Below are positions 20,501 through 28,494 of a DNA stretch of 46,367 nt, in pieces; position 1 is the first letter of the stretch, and every line of letters begins with the position of its first letter. Source of the stretch: Polyangiales bacterium (lineage in GTDB: Bacteria > Myxococcota_A > Polyangia > Polyangiales > Polyangiaceae). The position numbers and the translations under genes were made by a program. Location of the stretch: the NCBI GenBank assembly GCA_038230375.1, contig JBBRNJ010000071.1, positions 1 through 46,367 of the forward strand, read 5' to 3'. A model generated the notes under the pieces. It worked only from the letters and a program-made list of their open reading frames with translations. It made no database searches and was not told the DNA's origin.

Positions 20501-21270
20501 ATTCTGTTCTCGACCGTGACGGCGCGCGCCGAGACCAGGGTGCCGAGCGTGGACTCTGCGCCCACGCCCATGCGGTCGATCTCGGTCAGGGCCCAGGGGC
20601 GTCCGAGCAGCGCCAGTGTACGAAGGAGCGCCACCTGCTCCGCGCCGAGCTCGTCGGTGGAGGGCGTGGGGGCGACGCGCTTGGTGGATTCCCACCACGC
20701 GTCGATGTGGGCCGGGTTCGATGTCGGGAGCGCGTGGAAGGCGTCCTCGGCGATGGCGGACAGGAAGCGTGACTTCTCCGCCGTGTCGAGCTCGCTGCGC
20801 AGATCGAACGACTCCGATTCGACCGGCAGCGCGCGATGACCTTCGCGCCCTTCCGAGACGACATCACCGACGACCAGCAGCGTGCGTGGCGTGTGCGCGA
20901 GCTCGAGCAGGACGACGCGGTCCCATGAGCCTTCGGCGGGGAGCGGCGCGACGACTGCTGCCTTGCGGGCGAAGAGCGCGCGACCGAGCGCGTCTGCGAA
21001 GCGCGTGGGATCGTCGCTGCTCTCACGCACGCCGAGCTTGTCACCCAGCTGACGGAGCATGGAGGCGCCGGGGCGGCGAACCGCACGCACGACCAGCGTG
21101 CCCGTCGCCGACAACCGGCGCGCCGCGTGGGCGAGGATCGCGTTGACGATCTCGTCGCTCTCCGCGCGCAAGACGACGAAGCCAGGGCGACCATCGGCGA
21201 GCCGATCATCGAAGCCCGAGAAGCCGCTGTTGTGAGAAGCGAGGTTGGAGGAAGCGAGGGTCAGTGCCAC
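17569..21270 (-). CDS. Giant sigma54-dependent enhancer-binding protein with TPR-like region
   Basis: [29 protein letters not shown] and a Fis-type HTH; about 830 aa N-terminal helical-repeat region with no receiver domain. Confidence 0.92.
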   Translation of the reverse strand: MALTLASSNLASHNSGFSGFDDRLADGRPGFVVLRAESDEIVNAILAHAARRLSATGTLVVRAVRRPGASMLRQLGDKLGVRESSDDPTRFADALGRALFARKAAVVAPLPAEGSWDRVVLLELAHTPRTLLVVGDVVSEGREGHRALPVESESFDLRSELDTAEKSRFLSAIAEDAFHALPTSNPAHIDAWWESTKRVAPTPSTDELGAEQVALLRTLALLGRPWALTEIDRMGVGAESTLGTLVSARAVTVENRIVEIHAPYAGIAAELACTASAEDCGAAAALFAGIGSSGSGPLETDPWAMAQAADLWLRAGDTVRADQAHARAISVVADTVARRELVTRWYARVSGLSSGTAEGARADALRLATNSATRAIAAGESEEARKWSECAAALGGSDAGVMLLLGRACVGVGDLVAAKVALGKATQLASTEDVREDARAELAEVSYQNGDLAGARELAESIVFGSKAGSKICNPSTREDVRLRARNTLGKLLLIESRWDEADSHFAEDVWAASRLGDRTAELRARLNRGIALLSKGLVDEAQAMFTAVLSEGETNSDARAQAFALDNLAVIATRRHAFMDALSLMERAVKLRQRLGDRIRMARVLGNLADLRHRLGLFDHAEHSVRFGRRALGPGMPPARSSHFAVVAARIALSRGNTVDAKREITQAIVDGEAAKDREFLGEAFRVSARIALEDGDVARATADIDRSRSLSTRNDALAETAIHFVLLGRAQGLPNLEAAEHGLSLAREAGDEDLLREAHQLLAMLFCEQGDVAEARAHHTRALAVRDQVANALSGEVRTAFLAKPDVVALSRLTASFSDALFPDARQREGNTPLRPSERPESRLVGDDPQMIALKSAIVKIARANATVLIHGESGTGKELVAEALHRASERANGPLVTVNCAALVETLLLSELFGHEKGAFTGASGRRRGRFELAENGTLFLDEIGDISARTQVALLRVLQERTFERVGGAAQIRCNVRVICATHRDLKAMVERGEFREDLYYRLRGITLEVPALRQRIGDIGKISETVLARVGGERNEIPKTLAPEALELLARHRWPGNVRELENVLRAVSLFADGMIITAEDIVSNVDDLRAVAQSAQISHTGGPGSGPVTLRASLVPLSSSFAVSGASSSGGAANSSPSFAEDSDEEGDGSLPEDEANATAVAYAQVRQGAVSLTDIKRQIERDCIARALRETKGNITRAAALLGMKRPRLSQLVKQYGLMAASTEGA

Positions 21271-21332
21271 TGGGAAGCAAACCTACTCCACAAAGCTGAC
21301 CCCGCAAGGTCGCGGACGCAAATAAGGGCCGC

Positions 21333-21364
21333 CGATTGTTTCCTACAAGATGACGATTGTTTCC
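21333..21364. promoter_or_regulatory. 11-bp direct repeat, candidate regulator binding site
   Basis: CGATTGTTTCC at 21333 and 21354 (21-bp period), upstream of the sigma54 activator gene. Confidence 0.5.
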
Positions 21365-21459
21365 GTGCCGATACCCCCCACGCGTTCAGGTCCGCCTCGG
21401 CGTCAGACCGGGACGATGTAGGCGCGGGCGCTTCGCCAACGGCGGCCCTTGTTTTTCCC

Positions 21460-22380
21460 TCAGTTCGTCAGCGCAGACAGCTCCCAGCGCACGCCGTCGG
21501 CGATGGCCTCGAACGCCTCGGGTGGCGCCTCGCCGAGCCGCTTGGCCAGTGGCAGCTGCGCCGCGACCGACGCGATGAAGAGCGGCAGCGCCGCCGGGAG
21601 CTTCTGCCTGAGCAGAGCGATCTGCTTGTGGATCGAGCCCGCATCGCCGCGGCGCACCGGACCGGTGAGCGCGTCCGGGAAGCCAAGGTGCTCCACGTTC
21701 TCCGCCACGCTGCGGAGGAGCGGCCCAAGGAGCTTGGGTGCCAGGTTCGCCGGCACACCGGAGCGCACCAGGAGCTCCGCGCCGATCGACGCGAGCGCCG
21801 CAGCTCCGTTCGCCACCAGGCCGGCGGACGCGTGGTAGCCGATCGTGTCGAGGTTCGGGATGGTCCGTGCGGTGAGCCCCAGCGCGAGCGCGAGCTCACG
21901 CGCAACGCGCACTGCCGCTGGATCGCCCTGGATGTGCGCGTTGCCCCTGGCGAGCGTGGGCGAGAACGTCTTCGACGCGAACGAGATCATCGGGTGGAAC
22001 TGCGCCACACCTGCGGTGAAGGCTCTGAGGGCGGTCAGTGCTTCTGCCCCGAGCGCGCCTGCGTTGTGCAGCACCACGGCGTCCTCACGGATGATCTCGC
22101 GCTCCGCCATCTCGTCCGCGAGCGCGGGCAGATCGCGATCGCGCACGGACACGATCACCACCTTCGCATCGATGGGCTTCTTGGGAAGGCCCAGGCGCGC
22201 AGCGCGCACCGTGACCGGGTAGCCCGCCCGCACCAGCTCACGCGCGAGCGCGCGTCCCACCTTGCCTGCGCCGTACACGAGGATGGACGGCTTCTTCGCC
22301 GGCTTGCGCGCGCCGGCCTTCTTGCTGCGGCCATCTTGCCGCGTGGCTTTCTTTGCAGGCGCTGGCTTAGACTTTTTCAT
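21460..22380 (-). CDS. Rossmann-like/DUF2520 oxidoreductase
   Basis: GAGKVG, FHPMISF, YHASA and ALTGPVRRGD. Confidence 0.88.
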   Translation of the reverse strand: MKKSKPAPAKKATRQDGRSKKAGARKPAKKPSILVYGAGKVGRALARELVRAGYPVTVRAARLGLPKKPIDAKVVIVSVRDRDLPALADEMAEREIIREDAVVLHNAGALGAEALTALRAFTAGVAQFHPMISFASKTFSPTLARGNAHIQGDPAAVRVARELALALGLTARTIPNLDTIGYHASAGLVANGAAALASIGAELLVRSGVPANLAPKLLGPLLRSVAENVEHLGFPDALTGPVRRGDAGSIHKQIALLRQKLPAALPLFIASVAAQLPLAKRLGEAPPEAFEAIADGVRWELSALTN

Positions 22381-22951
22381 AGAGGCCGTGTTCCTTGATG
22401 TAGTCGAGCACGAGACGAGGCACGAGCCCGCATGCGTGCGCGAAGTCGTGGTCGCGCAGGAAGTCTCGCACCTCGGTGCTGGACGCGGACGGAAGGATGG
22501 GCTGCGGCGCGCCTGGATAGGTGATTCCGACGCGACCCAGCACGAGCGGCTCCGCGAGCGCCTTGATGCGATCGAAGCCGTGCCACTTGGGCGCCTCGAC
22601 CACGAGGTCCGCGCCCATCACGAGCCGCAGCGTCCAGCCTGGATTGCGGGCCTTCAACGTCTCCACCGTGCGCAGCGTGCGGCTCTCCCCGCCGAGCTCC
22701 TCTTCGATGCGTGAGACGTGGACGCGCGGTAGCTCGCCCATGGCCAGCTTGCACATCGCCAGGCGGTCCGCATACGGCGCGAGCGACTTCGCGAAGGGAT
22801 GCATGAACGTGGGGATCACGAGCAGCGCGTCGAGCGCGTGCAACGACACCACCGCCGCGGCCGCGAGCACGTGCGAGATGTGCGGAGGATTGAAGCTTCC
22901 ACCAAACACCCCGACGACCGCGCTATCAGGGAGTTCAGGCTCCCCGCTCAC
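22367..22951 (-). CDS. nadD: Nicotinate-nucleotide adenylyltransferase
   Basis: FGGSFNPPHISH, MGAD and SSTEVR; the GTG start overlaps the upstream TGA. Confidence 0.92.
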   Translation of the reverse strand: MSGEPELPDSAVVGVFGGSFNPPHISHVLAAAAVVSLHALDALLVIPTFMHPFAKSLAPYADRLAMCKLAMGELPRVHVSRIEEELGGESRTLRTVETLKARNPGWTLRLVMGADLVVEAPKWHGFDRIKALAEPLVLGRVGITYPGAPQPILPSASSTEVRDFLRDHDFAHACGLVPRLVLDYIKEHGLYEKV

Positions 22952-23568
22952 GCGTCGCCCTGCACGCGCATCTTCGTGGCGCGCTGGACCGAGAGGGTCT
23001 CCTCCGTGGAGGGCTTGCCGGCGGAGTCGTAGATCGTGAGCTTGATCTCGGCCGGCTCGTCGTCGAGGACGGCGATGCCACCACCGGTGGAGCCGATGAG
23101 CCCGGGCGACACGAACCAGCGCTGCCCGACCCTGCGCACCAACGGGGCGTCGCTCTTGCCGAACACGAGGATGTTCGCCGCGAGGATGTCCTCCTCGTCG
23201 AGCGCGGCCTTGTCGTAGATCATCACTGCCACGCGATCGCCGACCATCTCGATCGTGCGCGCGACCGTGTCGGGCAGCGCCTCGAGTGACTTGAGGCGAA
23301 GGCGCGCGCGCTCGGTCGCCACGAACTTGTCGATCTGGTCGGGGTTGCCGGTGAGCGCGATCTCCGCCGCACGGCGCCACGCGGCCTCATCGCTGGGATC
23401 CTCGCCGCCGACCAGCTTGCGCGCCCACGCAGCGACCGCGCGGTCAAGGCACCCATCCACGCCAAGGTAGATCGCCCGGCTCACCTTGGCCGAGTTGAGC
23501 AAGAACTCGGACGCACGCCCGAGCGCAGCGACATCTCCTTCGGCTGGGCCGAGTAGTCCAATGCGCAT
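22948..23568 (-). CDS. Degenerate metallophosphoesterase-fold protein
   Basis: MRIGLLGP..GD, IYLGVD, VFGKS and VSPG pattern, resembling YfcE-type phosphoesterases without the metal-binding His residues. Confidence 0.65.
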   Translation of the reverse strand: MRIGLLGPAEGDVAALGRASEFLLNSAKVSRAIYLGVDGCLDRAVAAWARKLVGGEDPSDEAAWRRAAEIALTGNPDQIDKFVATERARLRLKSLEALPDTVARTIEMVGDRVAVMIYDKAALDEEDILAANILVFGKSDAPLVRRVGQRWFVSPGLIGSTGGGIAVLDDEPAEIKLTIYDSAGKPSTEETLSVQRATKMRVQGDA

Positions 23569-23674
23569 GGCGGAAAGGAAGTATCGCACATTTTGGGCCC
23601 CGACTACGGGCAGCTTGGTGCTACGGATTTTCGGGCTCTCCCACGATAGGCCACCCAGGTGTAAGCGCGTAAGC

Positions 23675-24961
23675 GTGAGCGTAAGCGGTACTCCACTGAA
23701 CAAGCCCAGCGAAAGCGTCACGTTCACGTTCGACGGCGAGGAGATCTCCGCACGGCCGGGGATTCCGCTCGCGGCGGCGCTCGTCTCGTCGGGCAGGCTA
23801 CAGCTCGCGCGAAGCCCGAAGTTCCACCGACCGCGCGGCCCGTCATGCATGCGTGGCGCTTGCGACGGATGCCTGGTCCGCGTGGATGGCGAGCCGAACG
23901 TGCTCTCGTGCATGACGGTTGTGCGCGCGGGCGCGAAGGTGGAGTCGCAGAACACGCTCGGCACGCGCAATGTGGACCTGCTGCGCGTGACGGACTGGTT
24001 CTTCCCGGAGGGCATGAACCACCACGAGCTGTTCGCAGGCGTGCCCGGCGTGTCGTCCATCATGCAGGTCTTCGCGCGTCGCGTGGCGGGCCTGGGCAAG
24101 CTGCCCACCGAGGTGCTGTCCCCGAAGCCCGCGGTGCGGCGCGAGATCCCCGTGTTGATCGTGGGCGCAGGTCCGAGCGGTCTCGCGCTCGCGGTGGAGC
24201 TTGCTGCTGCGGGACACAAGGTGGAGATCGTGGACGACGCTGTGGTGCGAGGCGGCTCGCTCAGAAGCCTCTCGCGGTCGGCGCTCGCGCCTTTCTTGCC
24301 CATGCTCGCAGCGGTGGGTGCCGCGGAAGTGAAGGGCACGATCGTGGTGCGCTCGCAGACCACGGTGGGCGGCGTGTTCGGCGATGACGCGCTCATGGTC
24401 CGGCCCGCCGGCGCGGAGGTCGTGCATGCACGCGCGCTCTGCCTTGCGACCGGATCGCACGATGGCGTACTCGCGTTCGAAGGAAACGACGTGCCTGGCG
24501 TGATGAGCTCGCGCGCGCTGGGGCTGCTCCTTCAGCTGGGCGCGGCGCCTGGCAAGAAGCTCGTCGTGGCAGCGTGCGGGGGCACGTTCGCACCGAGCGT
24601 GAAGGAGCTCGCGGAGAGCGCGAAGCTCGAGGTGGTCGTCGCGTCGGGTGAGCCGGTGCGCGTGGTGGGGACCGGCGGCGTGCGTGGTGCAGTCATCCGC
24701 GACAGCGCGGGCCATGAGAAAGAGATCGCGTGCGACATCCTGGCCGTGGATGCGCCCACCGCGCCCGCATACGAGCTGTGCGAGCAAGCCGGCGCACGTC
24801 TTCAGCACGAGGCGCGCGGCTACGTCGCACAGACCGAGGAAGGGCGCGTGCGCGAAGGCGTGTGGGCCCTGGGCGAGGCGTGCGGCGCACAGTTCTCTGC
24901 AGACGTGCTGCTCGCAGAGGCACGTGTGATCGCGACGCGGATCGCGAAGACGCTCGACTGA
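23675..24961 (+). CDS. 2Fe-2S/FAD oxidoreductase (sarcosine oxidase alpha / proline dehydrogenase alpha-like)
   Basis: RSPKFHRPRG, CMRGACDGC...SC, GAGPSG and ATGS..GNDVPGV; start approximate. Confidence 0.85.
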   Translation: MSVSGTPLNKPSESVTFTFDGEEISARPGIPLAAALVSSGRLQLARSPKFHRPRGPSCMRGACDGCLVRVDGEPNVLSCMTVVRAGAKVESQNTLGTRNVDLLRVTDWFFPEGMNHHELFAGVPGVSSIMQVFARRVAGLGKLPTEVLSPKPAVRREIPVLIVGAGPSGLALAVELAAAGHKVEIVDDAVVRGGSLRSLSRSALAPFLPMLAAVGAAEVKGTIVVRSQTTVGGVFGDDALMVRPAGAEVVHARALCLATGSHDGVLAFEGNDVPGVMSSRALGLLLQLGAAPGKKLVVAACGGTFAPSVKELAESAKLEVVVASGEPVRVVGTGGVRGAVIRDSAGHEKEIACDILAVDAPTAPAYELCEQAGARLQHEARGYVAQTEEGRVREGVWALGEACGAQFSADVLLAEARVIATRIAKTLD

Positions 24962-24995
24962 TCCACGTTGCCGTTTCCGGCAGATTCCCGGCAGG

Positions 24996-25676
24996 TCAGT
25001 CGTCGAGAAGCGCTCCGAACAGCGTCACGCCGCCCATGACCGCGAGGAAGTCGAAGATGCCGAGCAACCCGAGATAGCTGCGGAGCTCCACGAAGTCCGC
25101 GCCTGCGAGCAGCTCCCTGGTGGCGGTCACGCTGGTGAGCAGCGTGGGTGAGAGAAGCGGAAAGAGCACGCTCGCGAGCACCAGGTCGCGCGCGCGAGTT
25201 CGGGCGGTCATCGCGCCGAAGAGCGTTCCCATCGCCGCGATGCCGATCGTGCCTGCTGCGAGCACCGCCGCGAGGCGCCCGATCACGGCGAGCAGGTCCA
25301 CGTGGAACATGAGCGCCACGATCGGCACCACCACGCACTCCACGGCGCTCACGAACAGGAAGATGCCGAGCGCCTTCCCGAGGAACAGCGCCGAGCGCGC
25401 GATGGGCGCGACGAGCAGCGCCGTCAACGCGCTCTCCTCGCGCTCGCGTTGCCACGTGCGCGACAGGGCAAGGATGCTCGCGAACGCGATGGGCAGCCAC
25501 AGGCTCCCGGGCGCGAGCCGCTGCGTCGCGTCATCGCCGGACTGGAACGAGACCGCCGCCATGATGGTGACCAGCGCCGCGAAGAATCCGGCCGTCGTCA
25601 CGATCTCGCGCGTGCGCAGCTCGATGCGGAGGTCTTTCCCGCAGATCGTGAGCACCGTGCCGACGTAGGACGCCAA
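24996..25676 (-). CDS. ccmB: Heme exporter protein B
   Basis: KDLRIELRTRE, ERE..L..L..AP, LFLGK and LFPL..P; multi-TM; start approximate. Confidence 0.85.
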   Translation of the reverse strand: MASYVGTVLTICGKDLRIELRTREIVTTAGFFAALVTIMAAVSFQSGDDATQRLAPGSLWLPIAFASILALSRTWQREREESALTALLVAPIARSALFLGKALGIFLFVSAVECVVVPIVALMFHVDLLAVIGRLAAVLAAGTIGIAAMGTLFGAMTARTRARDLVLASVLFPLLSPTLLTSVTATRELLAGADFVELRSYLGLLGIFDFLAVMGGVTLFGALLDD

Positions 25677-25801
25677 GATGATCGCATCATCCCAAACTTC
25701 GGTCCGAAAAGCACAAAACAGCATCGCGCCATGCGTTTCCGTCCGCGAGGACGCGCATGGCGCGAGCATCGGGCCGAAGGGCCCAGTTCAGCGGGTAACG
25801 C

Positions 25802-26776
25802 TCAGAACGGCATGGGGCCGCCGTTGGTGGCGTGCTCGCGGATCTTCTGCGCCGCGATGCCGCGCTGCTTGGGCGTGAGGATGGGGAGGATCTTCTGCGC
25901 GATGTCGATCGCGCGGGTCGTGCCCTCGCTCACCTTGCCACGGAGGTCGACCTGGGGCGCCTCCTTGTCCACGGAGAACTCGGCCGACTTGAAGTGGTCC
26001 ATGGTGTCGCCGGCGTGCTCGTGCGACTTCATCGCTTCGCGCATGTGCGAGCTGGCACCCTTCTGGAACTCCGCCTTGAAGATGTCCTTGATCTGCGAGC
26101 GCTGATCGTCTGTGAGCTTCAGGTCGTCCGCGAGCTTCTTCATGTGACCGAAGCGCCCGAATGCGTGCTCTTCGTGGTCCGCATGCTCCGCGTGCTCGCG
26201 GTCTGCATGGGGCGCTGCCGCCTGGTCCGTGTTCGTGCCGGTGGCGTCGGCCTTCGCGCCGTGGGCATGCTCCCAGCCGCCGTGCTGCGAATGCATCTTG
26301 TCCTTCATCGCAGTCGCGAAGGCCTCGCGCTGGCCCGGGTCGAGCAGGTCGTGCAGGCGCTGGAAGGCCGCGCGATCCTGCGGGCGAACGGTCTCGGCCG
26401 CGGAGACCATCGTGTCGATCTTCGGCTGGAGCGCCGTGCGGTCGATGGTGCCGGCCTGCACCTGATCGGCCACCGCCGTCATCAGGTCGGTCTGTGCCTT
26501 GCGCGCGGTCTCGTGACGGACCTCCGCGTCGGTGGCCATCTTCTCGATCTCGGTGCGCTGCTCGGGACGGAGCGGCACCTGCGAGAGCGCGTCGCCGACC
26601 ATCTTCACGCGACCATGTGTGTTCGCTGCGACCGGAGCGATCTGCCCCTGAGCCTGCATCGCGGGAGCGGGAGCCTCCTGTCCCGTGCCGCTACAGCCTG
26701 CAAGGGCGAGGGCCGAGGAGAGGAGAACGGTGGAGAGACCAGTACGAAGGAAATTCTTGTTCATGTTGTCGATCAC
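25802..26776 (-). CDS. Spy/CpxP (LTXXQ) family lipoprotein with duplicated domain
   Basis: LAGC lipobox; LRPEQR, LDPGQR, LTDDQR and LTPKQR motifs; His-rich linker. Confidence 0.8.
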   Translation of the reverse strand: MIDNMNKNFLRTGLSTVLLSSALALAGCSGTGQEAPAPAMQAQGQIAPVAANTHGRVKMVGDALSQVPLRPEQRTEIEKMATDAEVRHETARKAQTDLMTAVADQVQAGTIDRTALQPKIDTMVSAAETVRPQDRAAFQRLHDLLDPGQREAFATAMKDKMHSQHGGWEHAHGAKADATGTNTDQAAAPHADREHAEHADHEEHAFGRFGHMKKLADDLKLTDDQRSQIKDIFKAEFQKGASSHMREAMKSHEHAGDTMDHFKSAEFSVDKEAPQVDLRGKVSEGTTRAIDIAQKILPILTPKQRGIAAQKIREHATNGGPMPF

Positions 26777-26862
26777 CTGCCTGTCAGTGTGACGTCGGGC
26801 GCGGCGAAAGACATCCCCCCGGGACCGTAAAGAAGCGTAAAACGCGTCCAGGTTTCGAGTGG

Positions 26863-27276
26863 TTACGCGAGTGAAGCCAGCGCGACCATGCCTGATCGGC
26901 GCGTGAGCCCAGGCGTGCTGAGCGGTCCTGGCAGCACCGGGGGCAGCTTGCGGAGAGCGATGCGCAGACGCGCAAGGCCCTCGGGGTCTACCTTGTCGAA
27001 CGCGATGCCAAGGCCCATCGCGAAGTCGCCCAGCCTGCGTCCATGCGCGACGCGCGCGACGTGTCCTTCCGCGTCCACCCAGAGATTCAGGTGTGGGAGC
27101 TCGAACGTGAGGATCACAGGGAGCCCGAGCTCCGCGGGGATCTCCGTCATCAGGAAGAGACCGTCGGTCGACACGTCGATCGCGCGGGTGCCGAGGCGCA
27201 CGAAATCAGCCTCACGCACGACTTCGCATCGGGTCCGAGCAAACCTCCTCACGGACCTGCGCCAGTCGAGCAACAT
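26863..27276 (-). CDS. Stand-alone PilZ domain protein
   Basis: RRSVRR and DVSTDG c-di-GMP-binding motifs, GLGIAF; start MLLDW at 27276. Confidence 0.85.
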   Translation of the reverse strand: MLLDWRRSVRRFARTRCEVVREADFVRLGTRAIDVSTDGLFLMTEIPAELGLPVILTFELPHLNLWVDAEGHVARVAHGRRLGDFAMGLGIAFDKVDPEGLARLRIALRKLPPVLPGPLSTPGLTRRSGMVALASLA

Positions 27277-27332
27277 ACGAGCTTCCTCCACGAACTGGAT
27301 CGTATGGAACCGCGCTGCACGAAGTCCAACTT

Positions 27333-28016
27333 GTGGGTACGGTTGTCCGCGTGACGATTCACACGGGCAGCCGCGCGCGCCTTGGCCCTCGGATGCTGGT
27401 GCATTTTCAGGGCACCACGCTGTTCGACAAGGTCGCGCGCGCCGTGTGTGAGGCGGACTGTCTGCCGCGGAAGGAGCTCTACGAGTCATGGGAGGTCGCT
27501 CGCCGGACGAGGCGCAGGCTGCGCGGCGGTCGCGTCGTGGACCTTGCGGCTGGGCATGGCCTGCTCGCGTTCCTCATGCTGGTCCTGGACGACACGTCCG
27601 CGTCGGCGCTCGCAGTGGACGTTCGCACGCCGAAGAGCGCCGAGCGGCTCGCGCGCGCCCTGGTGGTCGCGTGGCCGCGGCTGGATGGACGCGTGCGCTT
27701 CGTGGAGTCGAAGATCGTGGACGTGCCACTCGACAAGGACGACCTCGTGGTCTCGGCGCACGCGTGTGGTGCGCTCACCGACGAAGTGCTGGCGCGCGCG
27801 ATCGCCGTGAACGCTCGTGTCGCCGTGCTTCCCTGCTGCCACGACAAGGCCACGTGCGATGACGGTGGTCTCGCGGGCTGGATGGACAGCGGCCTTGCGA
27901 TCGACGCGACGCGCGCGCGCATGCTCGCTTCAGCGGGGTACACCGTCTCGACGCAGACCATCCCACATGAGATCACGCCCAAGAATCGCCTGCTGATTGC
28001 GCATCCCAGAGCGTGA
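27333..28016 (+). CDS. SAM-dependent methyltransferase
   Basis: RKELYE, VVDLAAGHG, HACGALTD, PCC and TPKNRL; start uncertain. Confidence 0.85.
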   Translation: MGTVVRVTIHTGSRARLGPRMLVHFQGTTLFDKVARAVCEADCLPRKELYESWEVARRTRRRLRGGRVVDLAAGHGLLAFLMLVLDDTSASALAVDVRTPKSAERLARALVVAWPRLDGRVRFVESKIVDVPLDKDDLVVSAHACGALTDEVLARAIAVNARVAVLPCCHDKATCDDGGLAGWMDSGLAIDATRARMLASAGYTVSTQTIPHEITPKNRLLIAHPRA

Positions 28017-28109
28017 CCGGTCAGGGAGTTCGCAAAAGCGCGCTTCGCGATCCATCATGGTGGGAACCGCCACGTCGGCCCGCTGTCCGCATGGCCGGAG
28101 GATCGCCCC

Positions 28110-28352
28110 ATGAAAAAGCTTCTCGTCGCCGTTCTTGCAGCTTCTCTCGCTCTCGTCGCGACCACCGCTTGTGCGGACGAGCCCACGCCCTCGATCGTGC
28201 TGAAGACCATCACGGTGTACGGTCGCGCCGACAAGCCGCATGTGGAGATCATCCTCACGCGCGCCACGGCCGCTGCTGCCGCGGGTGCCGCGCACGACGG
28301 GATGCACGCGAGGCTCATGGCGCCGACCGAGCCGCGCCCGATGTCACACTGA
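28110..28352 (+). CDS. Small secreted protein
   Basis: GGAGGA RBS and MKKLLVAVLAASLALVATTACA signal peptide; 80 aa. Confidence 0.7.
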   Translation: MKKLLVAVLAASLALVATTACADEPTPSIVLKTITVYGRADKPHVEIILTRATAAAAAGAAHDGMHARLMAPTEPRPMSH

Positions 28353-28494
28353 GTCCCGTCAGGTTTGCAGTGGCCGGCTGCATCCAGCGTGACACGCTGA
28401 CATCACGAACCTGCTGTAAATGAGGCGGTTCGCCACGTTGGCAATCGGCGCGCCTCCCGGAATGGAAGGGCTGCGAGAGTCGCTCTTTTCGTGG

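Noticed and set aside
21276..21292. sigma54 promoter for the giant activator
   Set aside because: GG-to-GC spacing is 9 nt and the start site would fall inside the ORF.
23661..23686. Short GTAAGC repeats
   Set aside because: Only 3-4 imperfect copies overlapping the probable start codon; too weak to interpret.
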